A program made the translations under genes and the position numbers. Under the pieces are notes generated by a model. That model did not search any database. It saw nothing but the letters and a program-made list of their open reading frames with translations, and had not been told where the DNA came from. From NCBI RefSeq assembly GCF_003945235.1, contig NZ_RSDW01000001.1:5340001-5372000 (forward strand): a stretch of 32,000 nucleotides of DNA. Reading direction: 5' to 3'. Each line of letters starts with the position of its first letter. Position 1 is the first letter of the stretch. Below, one piece after another: positions 16,721 to 23,866 of the stretch. The DNA is from Edaphobacter aggregans (lineage in GTDB: Bacteria > Acidobacteriota > Terriglobia > Terriglobales > Acidobacteriaceae).

Positions 16721-18180
16721 ATGAGTGCATTGTTTGAATGCTAAGTCTGGGAGGAGCACGAGGTGTTGCAAAAGGCTGAACTCAGCTGTGAGGCTGATTC
16801 AGAGAACTACCTCGGAGGCTCCTCAGAGACGATTATGTATTACATCGGACTTGATGTTCACACGAAGACGATCAGCTATTGCGTAAAGGAAGCAGCTGGT
16901 CATGTGCACCGGGAAGGCAAGATCGGTGCGACGAGAGGTGAGCTTGATGCATGGATCAAGACGTTACCTCAACCTCGGATGATGGCCATGGAGGCGACGA
17001 TCTTCACCGGCTGGATTTACGATCACCTGCTTCCGCAGGCCGAGAAGGTGAAGGTGACCCATCCGCTGATGCTCCGGGCTATCGCCGCGTCCAAGAAGAA
17101 GAACGACCGTATCGATGCCGGCAAGATTGCCGACTGCCTGCGGTGCGACTTTCTGCCCGAGTGCCATATGGCTTCGACGGAGATTCGAGACCGACGCCGT
17201 ACGTTGCGCTACCGGAACCAGGTGATACGGCAGATGGTGCAGATGAAGAACCGTGTATCGGGGCTGCTCATGGAAAGCGGGGTCAGCTATGACAAGCAGC
17301 GGCTGCATAAGATGGTTACTTCAGCGAACTGTTCTCGACCAACGAGGAGATCAGCGACAGCATCCGGCCCCTGCTTCGGCTTGGCCGCGAACACATCCTG
17401 CGAGGTCAACGACTGGATCGTGCGCTGATCAGTTCACTGGAACGAGATCCGCTGCTGTCGGAGCGGTTGAGACGACTGAGGACGATCCCCGGAGTCGGTC
17501 CCATCACCGCGCTGACCTGGGCCCTGGAGATCGGAGACTATACCCGCTTCCCATCGGTGAAGGAAGCCATCAGCTACTGCGGACTATGCGGCGCCGAGAA
17601 GAGCTCTGCCGAGGTGATGCGCATGCCGATTTCCAAGCAGAGGAACAAGCACATCCAGCATGTACTGGTGGAAGCCGCCAAGCTGGCGCCCCGAAACTCC
17701 CACGAACTGGCCCTGCTCCGGGAGAAGGAAATTCAGCGAGGGAACAAAAATCGGGCCACCCTGGCGGTAGCCAGGAAGCTGGTGGCCTACATGCTCGCGG
17801 TAGACCGCAGGAAACAGGACTTCGTGCCGGCCGAAGAGTTGGCGGCCAAAGCAGTGGCTTGAAAAAACCTTCCTAATAAGGAAGAACAAAACAAGATCAT
17901 TCGATGCGCAGGCTGCCAGGTCCTGCACTAAATCGCCCGGGCGACGGAGGAAACTCCCGAGGCTCTCTTCGCATTGTTTCGGGACTGGCAGAGAACACAA
18001 ACTCAATCTTCTGCGACAGCTCTACGGAGCTTGAGGCAGCAAATGGATGTCCGGTCCTGCTGGGAGCAGGGACCACTAGCCGAGAGGCACACGTGCGCAG
18101 GACGATGACCCGATCAGACCGAATGCGCGCACTCCTGAGCGCGCCTAGAAATATCGTGCCCTTTTCTTGACAGATGACTT
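16721..18180 (+). mobile_element. IS110-family element, copy 3, inactivated (boundaries only bracketed)
   Basis: The broken transposase at 16835-17862 lies between repeat-family units at 16671-16720 and about 18180-18209. The bracket is about 1.46 kb, within the usual IS110-family size range. Exact ends are not determinable by eye. Confidence 0.3.
16835..17862 (+). pseudogene. IS110-family transposase with a single frameshift
   Basis: MYYIGLDVHTKTISYCVKEAAG...KKKNDRIDAGKIADCL...KQRLHK is in one frame. The sequence continues as GYFSELFSTNEEISDSIRPLLRLGREHILRGQRLDRALISSLERDPLLSERLRRLRTIPGVGPITALTWALEIGDYTRF... in the frame of ORF 17467-17862. The frame change is at about 17308-17316 (cataagatggttac). 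Confidence 0.85.
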
Positions 18181-18290
18181 ACATGGATGGCGATTTGGCA
18201 ACAATTGACTCTGGATGCGGCTCAAGGACCGAATGGCCGGGTATACTTCCTGCGGTGAACATGCCAGTCACTTAACTAGGAGTTGCCCAT

Positions 18291-20429
18291 GTGAGTAAGC
18301 CATTCCATGTTTGTGCGGTGCTGCTCTTTTTTTTGCCCGCTCTCGGATTTGCGCAGCGGGACCCGCCTGTTGCAGAAGGTGCGGCGCAGCCCGCGGCGGT
18401 GTCCTCGCTCCCCAGAGACACGGCGGAAGGGCTCATCAAGCTCGACGTGGTGGTGACGGATAAGTCGGGGAAATCAGTCCCCGGCCTCAAATCCAGCGAC
18501 TTTACGTTGTTAGACAACGGCGAACCCGAGAAAGTTCTCTCCTTTCAGGCGTTCGATGGAATCACCGCCAAGCCAGATCCTCCTGTTGAAGTCATTTTTG
18601 TCATCGATACATTGTTTCTGCCCCCGCACCTAATTCCGATCGCAAAGAACGAGGTCGAGAAGTTCCTACGGCGGAACAACGGCCATCTCGCTCAGCCCGT
18701 ATCTATCTTTCTTCTTTCCGAGACCGGTCTTTCGTCTACACCCCAGCCCTCCACCAACGGGACCGCTTTGGCTGACGCGATCGCTCGTGGAATTTGGCAG
18801 ACGCCGGCGTTCCATGGAACTCAGACTCCCAAGGAAACGGCTCAACTCTTTCAGGAGCCAAGAAGTGGCCTCTCTCTGATGTCACTTGGTTCGATTGTTC
18901 TGGAGGAGCGCCGGAAGCCCGGTAGAAAGTTACTTTTTTGGCTCAGCCCCGGCTGGTGGACGGTGGCCTGGGATAATCCCTTCCATGACATCACTGAATT
19001 CTCAACCCGGCTGCGGGAAGCGCGGATCGCCCTCTGGAGTTGGCCGTATCCGGATGGGGATCTTACCTACAAGAACTTCCTGGCGCCCGTGAAGTCCGCA
19101 CGCAAGGTGAGAAACGAGAATTTTCTCTTGAATGTTCTTGCGACGCAAAGCGGCGGCGGGGTGCTGGAAACGCGTAGCGACTTGGCGGAGATGATCAGCA
19201 AATGTGTCGAGGAGGCGAGCGTCTTTTATTCGTTCACGTTCGATCCCCCGCACACGAACGAGGTGGATGATTATCGCGATTTGAAGGTGGTACTCCGCAA
19301 ACCGCAGTTGACGGCCCGCACCAGCACCGGGTACTACAATGAACCGGTCTACTACGATCAACCTTCCGGGGCTGACCGCATATCGATGGACCAGTTGGAA
19401 CAGATGCTAGGGGCGGCCCGTGATCGCGGGGACAAAGAGGTTGCACGCGAGCTTTACGGCGTGGAGTTGACGGAGCGAATGAGCAGCACAAGATTATCGT
19501 CCTGGAAGACCCGCCTGCCCGGAAAAGAGTCTCGGGCTGCGCTGGTTGCGCTGGCCGACAGATCGGTCTTCTTACCCCTGCCAGCAGCGGACATTGCCTC
19601 CACCGCACCGCCGGATATGGCCACGCAAAGGCTGATACTCGCGCGAGCCGTCGATTATGTGAGCAAAACTGTCGTGAAGTTGCCGGACTTTTTCGCAACG
19701 CGGACAACGGTCCAATATAACGAACCGCCACTACCAGAGGATGCGACGTGGAAGACAGCGATGAGCGATCAGTCATTGCACGTAACGGAGACGTCCAACA
19801 CGACAGTGCTCGTCCGTAACAGCAAAGAAGTAGTTGATTCAGATACCAGGAAGAGAAAGCAGCGGAAAGCCCGCCTGGATACCGAGGGAACTTTCGGGCC
19901 AATTCTCGCCATGGTGTTCGTGGATGCCGCAGCGGCCCACAGCGAATTTACCTGGAGCCATTGGGAACAGGGCACGGACGGACTCGAGGCGGTCTTCCGC
20001 TATACGATTCCTTACGATAAGTCTCAGTTCGAAGTTGGATTCTGCTGCCTCGCCGATCCCGACGGAACGATCTTCTTCAAAAAATATCCAGCGTACCAAG
20101 TCGAGATCGCGATCGACCCAGCGAGCGGGGCCATCGTTCGCGTGGCAGTGAACGCGGATCTGGGACCGAAGCTGCCGATGCTAAGTTCCGGCGTCATGGT
20201 CGAGTACGGACCCGTGGAGATCGGCGGGAAAACTTATATCTGCCCAACGAGAAGTGTCTCCATTCAAAGGACGCGGACCGTGAAGCTTGTGAAAGAGTGG
20301 GGTGAAAGCTTCGGAGTCTATGCACGATTTGAGACGATACTGAACGACTTCTCTTTTGGGCAATATCACATCTTCCGTGCGCAGTCGCGGATATTGCCGG
20401 ACGACACCCCTGTTCCGAAGGAGAAGTAG
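18291..20429 (+). CDS. secreted VWFA-related (acidobacterial-type) protein with a long uncharacterised C-terminal region
   Basis: 712 aa with a GTG start, AGGAG 8 nt upstream and signal peptide CAVLLFFLPALGFAQ. The N-terminal LIKLDVVVTDKSGKSVPGLKSSDFTLLDNGEPEKVLSFQAF matches the pattern I recall for the VWFA-related acidobacterial domain. The MIDAS position reads VIDTLF rather than DxSxS. Confidence 0.75.
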   Translation: MSKPFHVCAVLLFFLPALGFAQRDPPVAEGAAQPAAVSSLPRDTAEGLIKLDVVVTDKSGKSVPGLKSSDFTLLDNGEPEKVLSFQAFDGITAKPDPPVEVIFVIDTLFLPPHLIPIAKNEVEKFLRRNNGHLAQPVSIFLLSETGLSSTPQPSTNGTALADAIARGIWQTPAFHGTQTPKETAQLFQEPRSGLSLMSLGSIVLEERRKPGRKLLFWLSPGWWTVAWDNPFHDITEFSTRLREARIALWSWPYPDGDLTYKNFLAPVKSARKVRNENFLLNVLATQSGGGVLETRSDLAEMISKCVEEASVFYSFTFDPPHTNEVDDYRDLKVVLRKPQLTARTSTGYYNEPVYYDQPSGADRISMDQLEQMLGAARDRGDKEVARELYGVELTERMSSTRLSSWKTRLPGKESRAALVALADRSVFLPLPAADIASTAPPDMATQRLILARAVDYVSKTVVKLPDFFATRTTVQYNEPPLPEDATWKTAMSDQSLHVTETSNTTVLVRNSKEVVDSDTRKRKQRKARLDTEGTFGPILAMVFVDAAAAHSEFTWSHWEQGTDGLEAVFRYTIPYDKSQFEVGFCCLADPDGTIFFKKYPAYQVEIAIDPASGAIVRVAVNADLGPKLPMLSSGVMVEYGPVEIGGKTYICPTRSVSIQRTRTVKLVKEWGESFGVYARFETILNDFSFGQYHIFRAQSRILPDDTPVPKEK

Positions 20430-20519
20430 ATTGCCCGAACAGGTCAGTTGGCTCGTACAGGACGATACGCTCATCGAACTCGCGGTTAGGACCCAATCTG
20501 CGGATTAGTCCTGATCAAC

Positions 20520-20780
20520 GCGCTTGAATTTACCAATCAGACTGTAGTTCCCGGAAAGTCGGATTTTCGGCAAGTTCGGTGACGTTTCCGAAAACTCCGT
20601 TTTACCGGGAAGTTCGACGATAGGCACGGGCATCGGGCGAAGGATTACTTCCGGATTCACAGCCATCCGGGGATGAATACACTGCTGATCGTCGGCTTCG
20701 ACTGGCCCTAATAGGAGGGGCCCGAAATTGGCTTTTAGGAAAGCAGGTTTTAGTACTTGAACCAATCTGAGCGTGAGGTG
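20520..20780. repeat. longest array (about 8 units) of the dispersed quasi-palindromic intergenic repeat
   Basis: Two well-preserved tandem 36-nt units: ttcccggaaagtcggattttcggcaagttcggtgac (20548-20583) and gtttccgaaaactccgttttaccgggaagttcgacg (20584-20619). They are flanked by progressively degenerate units, for example ttccggattcacagccatccgg (20649-) and cccgaaattggcttttaggaaagcagg (20721-). Confidence 0.75.
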
Positions 20781-20782
20781 CC

Positions 20783-21211
20783 TCAGATTCTCAATGAGGT
20801 ATTCGGGAACGCCTTCCTTGTGAAGCGCCTGAGTAGCAGGACATAGAAGAGGGTGGTGAGAAAGCCGATGAACAGCGCCATTGAAGCTCCTGCACCATCC
20901 CCTTGCCAAGTGATCCGACCATATTCGAGCAGCGGCCATCCCAACAGAAAACAGGGGCCGATTGCCGTTCCAATGGCCAAGATGGCCCAGGTACGCCAAC
21001 CATCTGCGTTCTTGAAGTAAATAACGAAGGGCAGAGCGAGGACCCAACCTGGGAGCGTAAAGAGTAGGTATACCGGCAATATCTGAACAACCGGCCTTGC
21101 ATACCTCGGTCCGAATTGGACTGCAGCGTGTACGATGCCCAGGAGGGCGAAGGCCGCAAATGCGAGAAGCATGCAAGCGAATGCTAAGGCCATTCGTTTC
21201 GGAGTCGTCAT
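20783..21211 (-). CDS. small integral membrane protein (4 predicted TM helices), function unknown
   Basis: Start at MTTPKRMALAFACMLLAFAAF, with GGGGAG about 7 nt upstream. There are four hydrophobic stretches. It is preferred over the overlapping Arg/Pro-rich ORF 20505-21176. Confidence 0.55.
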   Translation of the reverse strand: MTTPKRMALAFACMLLAFAAFALLGIVHAAVQFGPRYARPVVQILPVYLLFTLPGWVLALPFVIYFKNADGWRTWAILAIGTAIGPCFLLGWPLLEYGRITWQGDGAGASMALFIGFLTTLFYVLLLRRFTRKAFPNTSLRI

Positions 21212-21328
21212 GTAATGCTCCCCGGGGTGACGACCTCGAATATTAGCAGAACCCGCAACTAACCCTACCCGGGGCAGACTTCCTATTCCCGGACGTATCA
21301 CCGTCAATCCGAAAGTAATCCTGCAGTG

Positions 21329-21409
21329 CCCGCAAAGTTACATTATCGGCAAGTTCAAACCGCGGTCGACGAAGTTTCTCAAAACCCCGTTTTACTCTAA
21401 AGTGTGAGG
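21329..21409. repeat. two units of the dispersed intergenic repeat
   Basis: cccgcaaagttacattatcggcaagttcaaacc (21329-21361) and gtttctcaaaaccccgttttactctaaagtgtgagg (21374-21409). They are collinear with the pair at 20548-20619. Confidence 0.7.
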
Positions 21410-21419
21410 CTAGTGAACG

Positions 21420-21758
21420 GTGAGATATCAAGGGGTAATTGAGCGGGACCGAGAAGAAGTGGAACTTCTTCTGCGAAGCAACGACGAGCATGAGGTTCAG
21501 GACGCGCTTCTCAGTGCGGCCTACTACGATCCAGATTGGAGATGGGTTCAGGGGAAGTGCCTCGCTCTTAGTCACCATCCTGGTCCCAGAGTGCGATGGA
21601 TCGCCGCAACTTGCTTAGGCCATCTCGCAAGAATCCACCGTCAGCTCGACCTTGAATTGGTACTTCAAAGATTGGCCGAGTTGAAGGCCGACCCATTGGT
21701 CAAGGCAGGTGCGGAGGACGCATTAGACGACATCCGCTTTTACCTGAAGTTCCAGTAG
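21420..21758 (+). CDS. small HEAT-repeat-like hypothetical protein
   Basis: 112 aa with a GTG start. Three helical repeats have the HEAT-like pattern (EHEVQDALLSAAYY, GPRVRWIAATCLGHLA, DPLVKAGAEDALDDI). The last 8 codons are encoded by a repeat-family unit. Confidence 0.5.
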   Translation: MRYQGVIERDREEVELLLRSNDEHEVQDALLSAAYYDPDWRWVQGKCLALSHHPGPRVRWIAATCLGHLARIHRQLDLELVLQRLAELKADPLVKAGAEDALDDIRFYLKFQ

Positions 21759-21791
21759 CTCCCGTAAAGTCGGGTTTCCGGCAAGTTCGAC
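21731..21791. repeat. two units of the dispersed intergenic repeat, the first inside the 3' end of the CDS
   Basis: catccgcttttacctgaagttccag (21731-21755), then the stop codon, then ctcccgtaaagtcgggtttccggcaagttcgac (21759-21791). Confidence 0.7.
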
Positions 21792-21840
21792 AGCTCCGGT
21801 ACGACTGGATCATGGATGCGCGGTTAGGGAGGCCGCATCC

Positions 21841-22797
21841 ATGTACCAGAAGCGAAAAGCTAGGCGCCGTTCGACTAGGACAACGTTGCGCCTACCCGAC
21901 CTCGATCATTCTAAGAACTCTGTTCTTCAAAGCCTTGGATCTGCGGCATCGAAGCGGACCTACGGGGCCGCTATCGAAGATTTCATAACGTGGTACTGCT
22001 CAGAGCCGCGTCTCGCCTTCGGACGAACCGTGGTGCTGAGATATAGGTACGAGTTGGAGTCCCGCAGACTAGCCCCAGCGACGATTAATCTGAGGCTCGC
22101 AGCGGTCAGACGACTGGCTTACGAAGCGTCCGACAACGGCCTTCTCAATCCAGATCTAGCGGCAGGCATCCGTCGGGTGAAAGGGGCGAAGCGCCTCGGA
22201 ATGAGGATTGGCAACTGGCTCACTGCTGGTCAGGGTAGAAAGCTGCTTGAGGTGCCCGGTTCGGGTTCAATCAGAGATAAGCGTGACCACGCTATGCTCT
22301 CCCTGCTGCTCGGTTGCGGTTTGCGACGTGCGGAGCTGACCGGGTTGACGGTGGACCACCTCCAGCAAAGAGACGAGCACTGGGCCATTATCAATCTGTT
22401 CGGGAAGGGAGGTCATGTTCGAACGGTGCCTGTTCCCAGCTGGGTCAAGCTAGTTCTGGATCAATGGCTCACTGCTGCCGGTATCGAGGAGGGAGTTGTC
22501 TTTCGGCGTGTCAGCCGAACAGGAACTGTCTGGGGTCCGAAGATAAGCGAAAAACTTGTTTGGTGGGTGGTCCGGGAGAGGGCAAAAGCCGCAGGCATCG
22601 ACAAGCTAGCACCTCATGATCTCCGGCGCACCTGTGCTCGGTTGTGTCATGCTGCCGGAGGAGAACTTGAGCAGATTCAGTTCCTGCTTGGCCACCGCTC
22701 AGTCGAGACCACCGAACGATATCTGGGTTGCCGCCAAAGGCTCGCATCCGCAGTCAACGACAAGATCGGTATCGAGCCAACCTCCGGCGCTCCCTAG
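21841..22797 (+). CDS. tyrosine-type site-specific recombinase/integrase
   Basis: 318 aa. The catalytic region reads GLRRAEL ... GKGGHVRTVPVP ... APHDLRRTCARLCHAAGGELEQIQFLLGHRSVETTERYL (R, H-x-x-R, H and Y present). The N-terminal SAM-like core-binding region includes TINLRLAAVRRL. Confidence 0.92.
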   Translation: MYQKRKARRRSTRTTLRLPDLDHSKNSVLQSLGSAASKRTYGAAIEDFITWYCSEPRLAFGRTVVLRYRYELESRRLAPATINLRLAAVRRLAYEASDNGLLNPDLAAGIRRVKGAKRLGMRIGNWLTAGQGRKLLEVPGSGSIRDKRDHAMLSLLLGCGLRRAELTGLTVDHLQQRDEHWAIINLFGKGGHVRTVPVPSWVKLVLDQWLTAAGIEEGVVFRRVSRTGTVWGPKISEKLVWWVVRERAKAAGIDKLAPHDLRRTCARLCHAAGGELEQIQFLLGHRSVETTERYLGCRQRLASAVNDKIGIEPTSGAP

Positions 22798-22804
22798 GGC
22801 TCAA

Positions 22805-22863
22805 GTTTCCGAAAACGTGACTTTGCGGGAACGCTGCCTTTCGCGGAGAATCGAAGTTGGTGC
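22805..22863. repeat. units of the dispersed intergenic repeat
   Basis: gtttccgaaaacgtgactttgcgggaacgctgcc (22805-22838) plus a degenerate unit. It shares aagtttccgaaaa with 20584, 21374 and 31506. Confidence 0.65.
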
Positions 22864-22884
22864 ATATCCAACAGGCAGGGTCTT

Positions 22885-23214
22885 ATGACACTTGACGAAG
22901 TTCGGGCGTTGGTGCGTGCGCAAAGTGCCGAGAACCTCTCGGTCACAAATGCCCACCGCATAAAGTTAGAGCAAGCGATCATCTCACCCCAAACAATCTC
23001 GCTAATCTTCCGAACGGTCGTAGATGGTCGCGTGAAGGACCAAACCTTGAATGCCTGGCTCGTCGGGCAAGAGGGGACAGCCGATGGCTACAAGATTGTT
23101 ATGCGGGAAGATGGCAAGCAGTTCGGTCTCGCCTCAGTTGGTTTCCCACATGATAAACATCTGATCTTAGTCGGATGGTATAGCTCGCTGCTGTCAGCAT
23201 TCCTAGCTATGTAG
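22885..23214 (+). CDS. hypothetical protein
   Basis: 109-codon ORF with ATG start, plausible composition and no motif I recognise. It is bracketed on both sides by repeat arrays. Confidence 0.45.
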   Translation: MTLDEVRALVRAQSAENLSVTNAHRIKLEQAIISPQTISLIFRTVVDGRVKDQTLNAWLVGQEGTADGYKIVMREDGKQFGLASVGFPHDKHLILVGWYSSLLSAFLAM

Positions 23215-23217
23215 ATT

Positions 23218-23415
23218 GGTTCCCTGAAAACGGCGTTTTGGGCAACTACGATCTGCCCTCCAACCCGAACTTGCCGCAAAGCCGACTTTACGGGCGGTAC
23301 GAGGATTACTTCCGGAATGGCGGTGACTCGTTAACCCCAAACCTTCATTCAAGGACATACAGCAGGCGAAGCCGCACAGAGCAGTTGACGTCTTGCCGAA
23401 GTTATCTGCGAAAGG
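23218..23415. repeat. array of units of the dispersed repeat in mixed orientation
   Basis: ggttccctgaaaacggcgttttgggcaactacgat (23218-23252). The reverse complement of 23264-23294 is cccgtaaagtcggctttgcggcaagttcggg, nearly identical to 21761-21791. Also attacttccggaatggcggtgac (23305-) and a reversed unit at 23384-23415. Confidence 0.7.
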
Positions 23416-23416
23416 G

Positions 23417-23854
23417 TCACTTATCTTTGTGGGATTTGCGCCTGTTTCCAGGCGCGCTGGGTGCGGTGTTTGGTTGATTGCCTGGGCCCGGAGCGGGCCT
23501 TACTTTGCCGGTTCCCGATCCCTCAGCAGACGCTTCGGGTAATTGTGCACTAGTTTGGGGCCGGGTAAGTGCTATCCGGATCGCCACGCCGTTCTTTTTG
23601 CCAGGATCGATGTTGTAGTCGGCGGTGACGGGCAGATTGTTGACGAATCCGTCGCGCAGGAGGCTGAACATTGCCTGGCGGGCGGGAAGGTTGTTGTCAT
23701 TTCGAAGTTGAAAGCCGTAAGCACCATCGCTGATTGCGTTGAGGCAGAAGACAGCTTCTACATCCAGCTGATCGTTTGGAGGACCAAAGCCGGTGCCAAG
23801 GTCGTGGGCGCGAAGAAAGACAACTTTTCCGGTTTTTTCAAGCAGGTTGGGCAT
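23417..23854 (-). CDS. small protein: N-terminal roughly 95-aa domain paralogous to the C-terminus of the upstream gene, plus a disordered Pro/Gly/Ala-rich basic tail
   Basis: 145 aa. GAGGAG lies 8 nt upstream and overlaps the upstream gene's TGA. Residues 1-95 (..KVVFLRAHDLGTGFGPPNDQLDVEAV...YGFQLRNDNNLPARQAMFSLLRDGFVNNLPVTADY..) align without gaps, at about 40% identity by eye, to the last 95 aa of 23867-24940. Confidence 0.7.
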   Translation of the reverse strand: MPNLLEKTGKVVFLRAHDLGTGFGPPNDQLDVEAVFCLNAISDGAYGFQLRNDNNLPARQAMFSLLRDGFVNNLPVTADYNIDPGKKNGVAIRIALTRPQTSAQLPEASAEGSGTGKVRPAPGPGNQPNTAPSAPGNRRKSHKDK

Positions 23855-23866
23855 GGTTGAGTCTCC

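Noticed and set aside
17300-17320. Programmed ribosomal frameshift in IS110 copy 3
   Set aside because: There is no slippery heptamer (the sequence is cataagatggttac) and no obvious downstream structure. IS110-family transposases are single-ORF proteins, so a mutation or assembly error is more likely.
20520-20780. Possible CRISPR array, since short repeats recur at a period of about 35 nt
   Set aside because: There is no alternation of identical repeats with unique spacers. The units abut each other and degenerate progressively, the same units are scattered singly across the window in both orientations, and no cas genes are present.
20505-21176. 223-codon ORF overlapping the 4-TM protein gene on the same strand
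   Set aside because: It is Arg/Pro/Gly-rich and out of frame relative to a sequence with clean TM helices and an SD. Its 3' third is a translation of the intergenic repeat array (..VELPGKTEFSETSPNLPKIRLSGN..).
21841-22797. Canonical integron (IntI plus attC cassettes)
   Set aside because: The recombinase resembles generic Xer/phage-type tyrosine recombinases, and I see no sign of the IntI-specific insertion. The palindromic units lack the attC R''/R' cores (RYYYAAC / GTTRRRY). The repeats are also not confined to this locus. Only the looser cassette-like analogy is retained as a hypothesis.
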